From: Botryllus schlosseri
Lineage: Eukaryota
NCBI GenBank assembly: GCA_051294905.1
Contig: CM119372.1
Coordinates: 930,001-994,000 of the forward strand
Direction of reading: 5' to 3'
DNA length: 64,000 bases
Shown: positions 39,033-50,985 of the stretch, one piece after another
Position numbering within the stretch: position 1 is the stretch's first letter
Layout: each line of letters opens with the position of its first letter
Translations under genes and position numbers: made by a program
The notes under the pieces: model-generated
What the model saw: only the letters and a program-made list of their open reading frames with translations
Database searches by the model: none
Told to the model about the DNA's origin: nothing

Positions 39033-42000
39033 GTCAGTATATTGATTTTTGCCGCCACCAAGCATCTGTATCGCATCGCATGGTTCTGGTATTGAATTGG
39101 ATCGTCCATGTTTTTTCCGGATTTACACCGTTAAAAGCAGGGTAGGCCAACCTGTGGTAGTGGAACGAACACTATACATCCGTCTATACCTAAGTAAATT
39201 AGAGTGTTTGTATGTGCTATTCATGGTGTTTGCCGACTTCCATGGCCATTTGCCATTTACACCAGGTCAATTTTCATTTCTATTCCGTAGATGCCGACTT
39301 GTAGCACGGCCCACTTTCAGGCTTTTATAAGACACCGTTTACACGAATGAAAGGACCAGGGGGAGCCAAGGTAAAGAGTGAGTTGATAACATTAAAGACG
39401 GAAACGGGATCTGGTTTAGATAGGGATACCATCTTATACAGGAGTGGTCCAGCTTTTTGTTATTCACGGTCGCATTTCAATTAAACTAGCCTACTTATGT
39501 CGCCTACGGCCGCATTCCAGTGCATAGGCGTAATGAACTCACTAGACGCCAAATACCCATGTCCGAAGAACTCCGGACTAATCTATACTTATTCGCATCG
39601 GCTTACTATATACGCACCAAAAAACGCAAGTCATCGTGCATGTTATGAATAGTTACTGCGCTTGGTTTTGTAGTCACGGGTAACGCGCAAATATTTTCAA
39701 ATTCATTAATGAATTCCGTCACTGATATTAGTGGTTTCACATATTACTATCAAATATATATACATTCTCAGCCCGTATGATCAGAGTCTCAAAATGAGGT
39801 GGCATGTCACGGGGATTATCAACGAAAAATTCAAATAGTTCCGCTTCTACTAGTCCGAATTGACTCAAATTTGTTTTGCATCGTCTTTGAAGACAGCTCA
39901 ACAATTTCATGGGGTTGACAGAAAAATTTGAGAATTTTTATTTTTTTATTTTTAAAAATAATTTAAAAATTTCAATTCAAGATTGCACGGCCTTTACTGG
40001 TTGGAATTGAGTCAAATTTGGTGTGCATCGTTTTCTTGGACAACCTGACGATTTAGTCATTAGGCGAGTGCGATTTGGAAAAAAAAGTTTTTTTTGAACA
40101 ACCCTAATGGCCACCCTATTCTAGCCTTTATGGTTAGGGCTGGGCACAATGATTCGAGTACTCAAATCTGAATCGAGTATTAATTTTAACGATTCGAGTC
40201 GAGTAGTAAAAGACGAACTTTTCGAGTATTGAAATTATACGCTCCTCGCCACTGAAAGTTAATTTATTAACGAGAATTATAGTTTTGATACTAATTTACA
40301 CTGAAACGTTGATTGGCCATATTGTAGCAGACGAAATATATAGCATAAAGCTGGGAACGTTACTGGAAATAGCACATTTCCGAAGTCATGATCATCCCAC
40401 AACATTGTCACGAAGCGCAATGAAATCGGTATGGTCGAAAAAATACCGAAGTATGTTTAATGTGATGGATAACAGGCATTATACTCTTTGTGGTCGCATA
40501 AAAGGTACACATTTGAACTCTGACATATTACATTCTGGTATGACGTCATAATGAGTGATACTCGATTACTCGACCCGAAGCATATTACGTGATTCAGAAT
40601 CGAATCACTCAGGTACTCGATTTTGCCCAGCCCTATTTATAGTACTGAGCAACAACTGCAAATCGTTCGAAATCATGGTTGGGCAAAAAGCATTTCGAAG
40701 AATGAAAATCGCCTAATTCAGATAAGTGCAAAATCAGGCTATCAAAACCAAAAAACTTGAAACAGCAATGGGAAAACATGTTATCATACAAATTTGGGCA
40801 TGAAAAGAGTGAAAGCTTGAGAAATTGAATGCTTCCGGGTCATACTTTGTCTTCTACATGTTTGGAAATTGAAGTGGTTAATTTCTCGAAATTTCGGTTG
40901 TGAATATCTCAATCATTTTTGAGGCAGGAGCAGTCGTCCGATCAACTTTAAAATTTGAGGATTCACATCCCTCGAGATTAGGAACAAGATGAAAAGTTTT
41001 TTTTTCTGTGAATAAGTTAGGGTCCAAAGCTTGCAGGAACGCATAAATCAACATGTCCCCATATTCATTATAACACGCTCGGTGAAAAGCTCACCCTTAA
41101 CTCATCTGCTCGAGATTGATGCCGAACAATCAAAGGCCATAAATTCTGCAATTGGCAATCACTTGTTGGATAATCCCGCCTGTGCGAAAAATTATCGAGA
41201 CGACAGATTTTGCATACTCGGAAAGGGTCGTTCACGCTTTAATTTGTGTGCCTTGGAGTCGACTTTTATCAAAATACACCGGCCAAAGCTGTGTCAACAA
41301 AAATAGTTCGTATATCATCTAAAAATAGCACAGTGAACGCTCTCGTATTCGACATTTCATGCTGGTGACGTCATATTTTGTACTACGATTGTTGATATAC
41401 GTTGTTCTACTAGTTGCTGACGATCATCCCTGGCGAGTGTCAGTCGTAAATATTCGGGTTTATTTCAAAGAGCTTTAAGGAAAAACTTCACAGAAACATT
41501 TCGCTGTTAGATTCCCGATTAAAAAAGTTCATATTAACAGAAAATACCAAAATATTGCTTTCAAAATGGATCAATGAACGTAGACCAGTGGTTCTCAACC
41601 TTTTTCGCTTCGCGGACCCCTTTTGACCGCCCCGGACCCGGGCGGACCCCCTCAAGTTTTAGTTCAATTTTAGCTCTTTTATGGTGCAACCTTCGTCTGT
41701 CTTGTGCAAATATGAGCTGTAGGCTTGTGATAAACAGCAAAATAATGCTTTTTCTTGAAAATAATGTTATACTATTTATGTATAAATTGGTGAACTTTCA
41801 TTACTTCAAAGCTAATTTGCTGCCTTATTTCTTGAAGTAAGTGGTCGTGTCTTGAAAATCCGGGTCTTAGTTTTGATATGAACGAGGAGTGCCGAAAACT
41901 ATTTCCGCAAAGATAGATGGAGGCTAATGCAGTATTAACGCATAACGCTTCCGACGATACTTTTAGTGTGATCGCGACATTTATGACACCAAAATGAAGA

Positions 42001-45000
42001 AACATATATTTTATGAACATAGCACGCCCAGCATCTAGCGCAGAGACGGGTAACATGCGCACCGCGGGCCGGATTCGGCCCGCAGAGAGTTTCTACCGTC
42101 AAAGTGAAATCCTAATCTAAAAGTGTAGACAAATTATATGCGCCAAAGAATGTATCCAAGTTTTCCAACCTGAGAAAGACTGTCATGAAACGACTTGTTC
42201 TGTTCGGGTCTACATATATATTTACGAGCAAACATTTTCGACCAGGAACAATTGAACATTAACACGACAAGGCTGCATATCAATATAACTGGTGATATGA
42301 ATTTCAGGGTTGGAGCGTAATGCTTGGACAGTAGGGCTGTTCAAAAATAACTTTTTTTTCCTGATTCCAGCCATTCACTGATTAAATTGTCAGGTTGCCA
42401 CAACAAAGGCTGCACACCAAATTTGGTTCAATTCGAACATGTCTAAGCGTCCGCAGAGCCAATTAAAATTTTTAATTTACTACGTAAAATTAAAAAAAAA
42501 AAATTTCAAATTTTTCTCTCAACCCCATGACAATGTTGAGATGTCTTCAAAGACCATGCAAATGAAATTTGAGTCAATTCCAACCAGTAGAAACGGAGTT
42601 ATTTGAGTTTTTCGTTGATAATTCTCGGATTATCCACCAATCAAGGATAATTGGAGAATTATCAACGAAAAACTCCAATAACTCCACTTCTACTAGTCCG
42701 AATTGAGTCAAATTTTATTTGCATCGTCTCTGAAGACAGCTCAACAATTTCATGGGGTTGACAGAAAAATTTGAAAAATTTTTTTTTTCAATTTTCCTGT
42801 ATAAATTAAAATTTTTAATTGGATCCGCGGAGCCCTATACTTGTTAGAATTGAACCAAATTTGGTGTGCAGCGTTTTTTAAGGTAACCTGACGATTTAAT
42901 CACTGAATGGCTGGAATCCGGAAAAAAAAGTTATTTTTGAACAGCCCTATTGGACAGCAACGAAACAGTCCTTGTTAATCAAAAAACCAGCCTTGTCGAT
43001 AGGGTATCCGCAATAAGAATGCGCACAATCTGATAGCAGAGATTGAAAAGTAGGTATATCATTGTCCGACTTATGACGGGTGTCAGCCGTAAATATTCGG
43101 GTTCATTTCAATATGAATATACTATTCAATTGTATATTGAAGTTCTGTACCTCCAAGAAGCAGTTCAAATAGTGGTTATGTATATCACAGGATAAATGGA
43201 TTTCGTGGCGAGGTTTCAATCCCTGCATTGAGACAAATTTGGGAAATACTTCAGAAATTTTCATTTCAAACGACTGTTCACTAATTTGATGACAACTTCA
43301 AATCGAGAAGGTTTCGCAGACATTACGAAGTCACCCTGATTGACGTTACTATCTCCATATTTTTATTCTAACCTCAAACCCCAACAAGACGTCTCTAAAC
43401 AGCAATATGTTTGTATCAGCAGGTTATTGGAAAATGGGCAATGAAAATGAACTTCCACACAACGATAGCTCATGTCAGACGATCATTATGATGATATGAG
43501 TCCTGAGGTTTCAGCAGTTGTGGTGCGGAACTTCCTTATGCTTTCTCAAATTAAAAAATAAAATAAAAATTAGGTTATCAACCATTTTAAAAATTTAGAG
43601 GTCTCGCGGACCCCCTGAAATTGCTTCGCGGACCCCTAGGGGTCCGCGGACCCCCGGTTGAGAACCGCTGACGTAGACCATTCCCCACCAAATTTTCACC
43701 ACAGGTAGGATGTCGACCAAAGCACCCTCAGTCCAAATTTCAGAAGGGCTGCTTCATTAGTTTTCAAGTTATGAGTTTTCACTGATTTTCCAATTGGGAT
43801 GGTTGTCCACAATGTCCAGTTCCTTGAGTAAGTGCCCTAGTGCAAGCAGCAGACTAGTATAAACTACTGGGTTTTCAAAGTACGAATATAGAATTAGAAC
43901 TACTCACTTCTCAAAATATGCAACTGGAACTTGAACTACCCGCTTTTCAAAACACGCAATTAGAACTGGAACGAGCATAACTTGCTTTTGAAAATACGCA
44001 ACTAGAGATACATTCCAGCAGATCGTACACCGTCAACTAACTAGAATGGTAGTTGGTTCAATTTTGTTGATATCACATTTCAGATCTTGTGCATCACCTA
44101 CCTGGTCGTTCGAGTCAAAGAGTTCCAGATCAGGGCCGTGTTCGGAGTGTGGAACGGAGATCATCTTCTGCCTGACGTTTGGAGGGTTCTTCTCATATTA
44201 GGATTCATCACTGCGTCGCTATGCTTGACCGCCTCTCTCCTTCTAGTCGTAGCCTCATGTTTATGTGCAAGTAAGGTCAGTGAGTCACTCGCAGTCGCAA
44301 TAATGTGAAAATGTGGAAATATTTCTTGGCTCTCATTCTAATTCTAATCTAATTACTGAAATGTTTCTTAACACTCAGATTAATTCTAATGTAATTTCTG
44401 GTTTTCCTGAAAATGCTACAGAAGAACTGCATCGTGCAAAATAGCCTGAGCTCAATGTACAGATAGTTGCTATTCTCGTACTTATGAGAATTACTCAACT
44501 GTGATTTGATATGAACTCGATTCAATCAATGTCCAAGTTTTCTCGAATTCTGTGATTCAAATTCTAATCTAACTTGAAAATAACTTTGTAGGGATAATTT
44601 AAATTCTGATCTAATATTCAGAAGAAAATTTTCTAGTTTTCCAGTAATGATTTTTCCTACTTGCACTACTACCTCAAGTAGCTATGATTTTACACTACTT
44701 CTACTTCATAGGTTGGTATTTAGCAAAAACTAGGCCTCACATGTAAATCAAGACTTCTATTTGTACTCGAGTATAAATATATGACGCTACTTGAGTACCG
44801 AGTACTTTGACCAGCTTTGGTCTTTCAGGAAAAGTACTCGAAGATTCGCCTGGTCATCTCGTTTTGGTTTGTGGCATCCGTGGCGGCACTGATCAATAAC
44901 GTGGGTGAACTCGTCTTCATTGAAGCGATGCCAGAAGTCAACATGGGGCTTCATTATCCCAGCGACAGCATTGAGGACATCAAGTCAAACAGCAGGCCGC

Positions 45001-46090
45001 TGAGGGTGCTCATAGGACATTTCGCGGTGGCTTTTGTAAGGTCACTTTTTTATTAGACCTGTGCAAACAAGTAGAACTAGTCACCTTTTAAAATACGCAA
45101 CTATATTTAGAACTACTCAGTTTTCAAAACTCGCAACTAGAACTAGAACTAACGATCTTCGAAAGTCTGTAACTAACTAAAACATCACTAACTCTATTCA
45201 AGTCCGAAGCAACTCATCAATTTGCAATAATCGAAGACAGTGGTTCCCAACCTGGGCGAAAATGACGAAGGGGGCGATAGGGGGGCGAAAATGGACAAAG
45301 AGGGCGACGGGGGTGAAAATAGCGAAGGGAACGATAGGGGGCGATGACGCGTCAAACTGGTGACCTTTTTTTAGTCAACCCGCCGGTGATTACAGTTTGT
45401 ATGCCCAATTTTCGGTACACAAAATTTGGGGGGCGATGATCGATATGGAGCATGAAAAGCGGGCGATGGGTCGAAAAAGGTTGGGAGCCACTGATCTAAG
45501 ACATATTGGAGAGAGAATCGTCACTTAAAAAACATGGGGTATCCAGCTTGAAATGGTAGGGGTTTCTACCCCAAAACTCGCCCCTGCTCTTAGTAGTGAT
45601 GACTGTGAGCTAGCAATGGCAGCAAGAATATCATGCAACAGAACACAGGTATCACGATTCACGCCAAACGATGACCTGTTTTCTCGTTGATCGGCGACTA
45701 AATTTTTGGTTAAATGAAGAACTAGAAGTAGTCACTTTTCGAAATCTGCAACTAGAACTGGAATTGGAACTATTCTCTTTTGAAAGCTAGCGACTAGGAT
45801 TATACCCCGAAAAACTCAAAAATCATCAGTTAGCATACCGTCAACTAACTCAATTGGTAGTTTGTCCAAGTTGGTCCTTTACGTAAACGTTAAGTACAAC
45901 GCTTTCGTGCATAATTGACATCCGATTTCATCTGCAGATGTTCATCTCGCTGGATCTGGTGTTATACTTGCGACTGTTGAAATACATGGATTCACCAAAT
46001 ATCCTCATCGCATGGCTCAGCCAGGAGGGCGGTAAGATCGGAGGAGGAAAGCCTGTCGGCAGAGCAGACTCTGCCAAACTCGGTTCGTGA
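38538..46090 (+). CDS. Four-transmembrane protein (348 aa), LAPTM/DUF4728-like topology, with a Lys-rich hydrophilic N-terminus
   Basis: Exons 38538-39032, 44084-44275, 44829-45035 and 45938-46090, all phase 0, GT-AG, ending TGA. Hydrophobic segments: GTLIGGIVFT|ILCITYLVV, VLLILGFITASLCLTASLLLVVA, LVISFWFVASVAALI, VLIGHFAVAF|MFISLDLVLYL. The family call rests only on CLRAGTLIGG resembling the LAPTM CxxRTGTxxxG start. Confidence 0.72.
40135..40635. mobile_element. TAGGGCTGGGCA-family hAT MITE
   Basis: Full TIRs; TSD TTTATGGT / TTTATAGT; inverted copy of 17818-18349. Confidence 0.88.
41031..41468 (+). mobile_element. Penelope-like retroelement fragment: GIY-YIG endonuclease C-terminal half plus pseudo-LTR with hammerhead motif
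   Basis: LQERINQH...SAIGNHLLDNPACAKNY...F.ILG...LESTFIKIHRPKLCQQK is typical of PLE GIY-YIG domains; a premature TAG sits where the 13697 copy has GAG. Confidence 0.8.
41426..41459 (+). ncRNA. Degenerate minimal type I hammerhead ribozyme motif
   Basis: ATCC-CTGGCGA-GTGTCAGTC-GTAA-ATAT-TC-GGGT; the consensus of the copies restores CTGACGA and GAAA. Confidence 0.5.
41586..43670. mobile_element. Non-autonomous hAT/Charlie element hosting nested insertions
   Basis: TIR CAGTGGTTCTCAACC / GGTTGAGAACCGCTG; perfect TSD ACGTAGAC at 41578-41585 and 43671-43678; CGCGGACCCC subterminal repeats. Confidence 0.88.
42332..42949. mobile_element. 618-bp foldback (almost entirely palindromic) hAT MITE
   Basis: Arms of about 300 bp pair around ~42635-42645; termini TAGGGCTG / CAGCCCTA; TSD TTGGACAG on both sides; decayed copies near 9045-9170, 29866-30430, 39815-40106 and 49615-49867. 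Confidence 0.9.
44084..44275 (+). CDS. 4-TM gene exon 2
   Basis: catttcAG acceptor, AAG|GTCAGT donor; 64 codons, hydrophobic. Confidence 0.78.
44829..45035 (+). CDS. 4-TM gene exon 3
   Basis: tctttcAG acceptor, TTT|GTAAGG donor; 69 codons. Confidence 0.78.
45238..45493. mobile_element. hAT/Charlie MITE
   Basis: CAGTGGTTCCCAACC / GGTTGGGAGCCACTG; TSD ATCGAAGA / ATCTAAGA. Confidence 0.8.
45938..46090 (+). CDS. 4-TM gene exon 4 (terminal)
   Basis: tctgcAG acceptor; MFISLDLVLYLRLLKYMDSPNILIAWLSQEGGKIGGGKPVGRADSAKLGS then TGA. Confidence 0.75.
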   Translation: MFISLDLVLYLRLLKYMDSPNILIAWLSQEGGKIGGGKPVGRADSAKLGS

Positions 46091-47569
46091 AATCTCTCGA
46101 CTTCTAGTCTACTTTCTTGTCCTCAAAGATATGACCGTCTCCAATCAGGGCTCCTTGCAAACTTTTGAAAGTTACTGGTTAAAATTGGCCTAGAGTTGGG
46201 ATATTATCGAATCAGGATAAAGCAGTGATTTTAAACCTTTTACTCTTCGCAAACCCCCTCTGGAGTCTGGACCGTCACGGACTCCCGCCGACCCTCCAGT
46301 TTTAGTTCAAATTTAGCTCAATTATCGTACACTCGTCATCTGCCTTGTGCAAATATTACCTGCAGGGTAGTGAAACAGAGTAACAAATCGACATTTCTTG
46401 AAAATATAACATCATGCAATCTTTTGAATTTCAGTTGCTGACGATTACCCCTGACTGCCAAAAATATTCGGGTTCATTTCAATATGAATATACAATTCAA
46501 TAATTCAATCATACTATGGTTGTAGAAATTGGGACTTTCTGCATTTGCCTACATTTCCTGCATTAGGTAATAAACCAGTTCTTTACAATGGATGTTGCAT
46601 TGAAAGCTATATTCTGTTTATGTGAGTCCCGAAGTTTTAGCAGTTAGGAAGCGAAAAGGTTATTTAATTCTGATCCCGAGAACCGAGAACTCCGAGAGGC
46701 GCATGCCGCAACTCACATTGAATAATGGATACAGAGATAGTTCATTGTGAAATCGTTTATCACCATAAGTATGAACGAAAATTGATATAATTTCATCAAT
46801 CGGGATCCCGAAAGCTCATTTCGGCGAATACATTCGGACTACGTTTATCATCTTTGGCGTGGCTGCAATGTACCAGTCAGTCACAAACACCAACTCTGCA
46901 TATGAGAGAATAAACGCTGATGAAACCCGTCCGATCTTTCATTAACAACAAAGCTCTTTATCAGTTTTCGCGCCCTTTTTACAGTGTTTTATAGCGCCGT
47001 GTAGTCTCAAAGCAGAGGCGTCTAATCAAACGCTGTCATTCCCGTTGAAGTCTTTCTCTTCGGCGGAGAAATCAGTCGTCTTCACCAATAGCTTATCCTG
47101 AAAATCATCAAAAATTTTAGGCGGCGTTGTAATGCGTCGAGTCGCGTCTTTTAGGTGACTTGACTTACACTCGAGAGTCATTTTCTAAAATGCAACTCGA
47201 CCCGACTCAAATCAATTTGTGCATTGACTGGACTTGTGGTCGAGTCATTGCGCATGACTATACCAAGTCATTTGACTCGAGACTCGGACCACCAAGACAG
47301 GCATTCGTGGTCATTTTGTAGAATAGTGAGCTACTACAATATTGGTATTTCGTCCATCAGTATTGTTATCATTATTATTATTATTATTATATTTAAAAAC
47401 AATTTTAGTGACGCATATAACAACTATGGTCTTTTGCGTCACGACATAACAGTTGCTAATCGAATCGATATTGCGATAAGTAAATACAGTCAACTAAACA
47501 TTTATTACCGTCCCTTTGTCTTCGCAATGAATTCCCACAGCAAAGGTAATATATAATCAGTAATTATTA

Positions 47570-47860
47570 TATTTTCCATGGTGGAGGGTACTCTCAACTC
47601 TCAAGTCCAGTACGGCAGCTCTAAACTGGCATCTTTCGTTGGCGTACTTCGCACACTCGATAATAACGTGCTCTGCAGTTTCTTCAACATGGCATGTGGT
47701 ACAATCAGGGTCAGGGGTATCCAATTTTGCTAAGATGGGAGTTTAGACGATAGTGTCCGGTCCGCAATCTGAAAATGGTGGTTTCGGCTCGGCGTGGCGT
47801 AGTTAAAGTAGGTAGTTTCATGTATATGTCAGGGCAGAACTGCTTGAAATGTGCTCCAGA
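47570..47860 (-). mobile_element. Non-LTR retrotransposon ORF2 C-terminal fragment with a CCHC zinc knuckle (I/Jockey-group-like)
   Basis: RRAETTIFRLRTGHYRLNSHLSKIGY, a stop/frameshift, then PDCTTCHVEETAEHVIIECAKYANER. Confidence 0.75.
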
Positions 47861-48330
47861 GGCGGTTTTGATGAAACTTTGGTTCTAGTCTTGCCTACAT
47901 TGACTTAAAATCAATGAGTTGGCCTCACTATCTATCAATAGGCCCACTAGTGTTTGCAAAATAGGGCTATAGAGACTGTGTAAAATGACAAAACTTGCTA
48001 TATCACGAATTCGAGGCATTTAATATCATCATAGCTGTAAAAAGTAAATTGAACGGAATTGAACTTGAAAATAAGCAGTGAACACAATGACGTGTACTCG
48101 GACTCGAACCTTTTGAACCCCGACTTTGACTTAGATTTGACTCGGTGATAAAGTGAAAATGACTCGACATGACTCAAGTCAAAACTATGAAAGCAGAATT
48201 GAATTGTGACTCGGGACATTGTGCCTTGGTTACAACCCTTCTTCTAGGTCTGTCGATTGTGTTTAGTTTTATTTTCACTGCATTGGCCCAATGCTACTAT
48301 GGCTTGGTTGTTCAATTAGACTATTTAGAG

Positions 48331-48652
48331 TAGTGGTTCCCAACCTGGGGGCGCACCCCGCTTGGGGGGGAGGGGCGTGAAAGCATCTGAAGGGGGCGCG
48401 AAGAAGCGGTCCACTGAAAATTATTTCGCGCTCTGCCCGATTTACCTCCAATTCACGCGTGTTTCTCTATATATAGACCGAATTTGATATTTTTGAATTC
48501 TCTCATCAACAGTCATAGCCTTCCAGGCCATCAAACGATCTGTTGGGGTTGGTAGCATCCCGGTTGGATTTTGTGATATGCCGATAAGGGGGGCGCGAAA
48601 TTTCTCACTATAATAAAGGGGGGGGGGACTAAAAAAAGGTTGAGAACCACTG
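48331..48652. mobile_element. hAT/Charlie MITE
   Basis: (T)AGTGGTTCCCAACC / GGTTGAGAACCACTG; perfect TSD ATTTAGAG. Confidence 0.82.
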
Positions 48653-49983
48653 ATTTAGAGCGAAATTTCGGTAATCAAATTTTAATCACACACATCTGCT
48701 TTTCCAGAAAATGCTACAGAAGAATGCATCGTGCGAAACGAGTCAAGCTTGGAGCAAAGACATTTTCCAGTCTAGTGGATCTGAGAATGAACACTGACTT
48801 GATGTGAAATAAACTTGAATTTTGTTGTATATTTCTCATAATTCGGAATAAGCAACTTTTGGCAAATTCATTAATTCAAATTCTAATATTACTTGGGAAA
48901 GCTGAAAATTTTCCGATAGCAGTCCAACTCTGCCGACAGAAACTAATACATGCATTTAACATGTTTTTTGCTGTTTTTTCTGTTTTTTTAAAAGCCACGA
49001 CGTCACTGATATTCAATTGTGACATCATAGTGGATTGACATTGACAATTGACAATATAGGGTGAATATAGCTCTTTTGACGAGATATAAGTACTATTAAT
49101 GTTGAACTGACTATTTTGCGAGTTCCAACCATCCCATATCGATATACGTCGGCTATCGGCTGGTAATTGTCCGTAGGCTTATACAACGCGATTTTGGAAA
49201 GTATTTACACAATTACAGCACAATTTTACAAATTAAAAAAAACATTTTTTTTTAGATCGGTAAACACGGAATCAAAGATAAAGAATATCAACCTGGTGTA
49301 AAATGACTAATGTAGAAATGACCAATGTTGAAACACCATGAATACCAAATAAACGTACATTCGTGTGTCGTCATAGTAACGAGGTACTACTACAATTATG
49401 GTAGTACTCAGATATGTTTTGCCCACTCGCACTATACTTACTCAAGTAGGTATGTTTCTACAATACTTCCATGTCTTCTTGAATAATTTGTAGGCAGAAA
49501 TACAGACTTTTACGCTTTGAAAAGTAGTTTTGAGATCACATTAAATAACGTTCACGTGCCACGGTAAATATCCCTTTTCAATTCAAATCCGGAAGTTTCG
49601 ACACCAATAACGACGCTTGTACTAGTTGGAATTGAGCCAAATTTGCTATGCATCGTTTTTTCAGACAACTTAACAGTTCCATGGGACTTTCAGTAAAATT
49701 CGAAATATTTTTGATATATTTATTTTTTAAATAACTCCGATAGTCTCGCTTGTATACGTTGAAAATTGAGATAAATTTGCGGTACAGTGTTTTTTTTAGT
49801 CACCCTAGCTATTGTATGGAATGGCCGATAAAATTCGACGGAAAAGGTCATTTTTGAGCAATCCTATTTAACCCATCCTCATAACGCTACCCTACTGTAG
49901 ACGCGTTGTGGGAAATAACCCAAACAAACAGTATTGTATTTAAGCACAGTTCAATCCCGTCATCAATTACATAGAATTATTAC

Positions 49984-49989
49984 TTTATT
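49984..49989 (-). promoter_or_regulatory. Candidate polyadenylation signal of the GPCR
   Basis: AATAAA on the minus strand about 37 nt after the stop codon. Confidence 0.4.
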
Positions 49990-50025
49990 TAATGAATTAT
50001 TGTGGAACAATCATTAGGAATAGAA

Positions 50026-50128
50026 TTATTCGCAAACCTCCTCGTCCGTCTTGAGAACGTCAATTCTGACGTCGCCGTCGCAGATCTCTTCCAGCGAAGT
50101 CTTAGGAGTCGTGCCCAAGTTCATCAGG
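50026..50128 (-). CDS. GPCR terminal exon
   Basis: tcttctcaacAG acceptor; LMNLGTTPKTSLEEICDGDVRIDVLKTDEEVCE then TAA; AATAAA follows. Confidence 0.68.
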
Positions 50129-50954
50129 CTGTTGAGAAGAAATACGCAATTATGCTGGAGCCCTACATTGTTTCATTTCATCGTGTAAAATACTGACACC
50201 AAAGGAAAATACATGATGTGGTACGAGCTAACTGGATAAGTTTAGACTTGAAAAATGTTATACTCTTATACTGACGTGGCGTGTGGGAGATTGCCCTCAA
50301 CCCTGAATAAGTGACTCTGGCTTGCTTTGAAGCCAACTACGGACCCTCGCGTTAGTGAACCTTGACAATTCGAAACACTACAACAGTCATTTGAGACAAA
50401 TTGTTATCAATTGTATCGTACGATATCTAGCTCGTCTCAAATTTTCGTTTAGTCGACTTGACTTGAGTCATTCTGCTAAACTACAGCATGACTCGTCTGG
50501 AATTGAGGGAATCGTTGTGCTGACTCGACTTTTTCGGGTGTTATGCTCAAGTCATATGACTCGAGAAATTCTACATAACCTGATTCAAGTCTCGTTTATT
50601 AGTACTTGAAAATAGGTCCAGAAACCTTTCATGCGGCTGAATAAACTTGTTAGTGAGAAAATGAATATATTATGAATGCAAGGCATGCGATATCACCCGA
50701 AAGTTTTAAAATCACTTGAACCTGACTTCAAAACGATAATGAACACTAAACACGATGACTCGGAGCCGACCTTTTGCTCATTGACTTAAACTCGGACTTG
50801 ACTCGTGGGTGAATTACAAATGACTCGAGTTGACTCGACTTGGTTACAACCATGTAAGTGATATATTCATCGCTAAAGCACCTTGATGGTTTACACAAAT
50901 ATAAATAATAAGAGCCTTGGAACGTGTCTGACAGACGCCATCTATATTCCCACT

Positions 50955-50985
<31 letters not shown>

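Noticed and set aside
39033..39095. Single-exon 185-aa protein ending IAWFWY
   Set aside because: A phase-0 donor at 39033 joins three further in-frame exons to give a coherent 4-TM protein; the tail is probably intron read-through.
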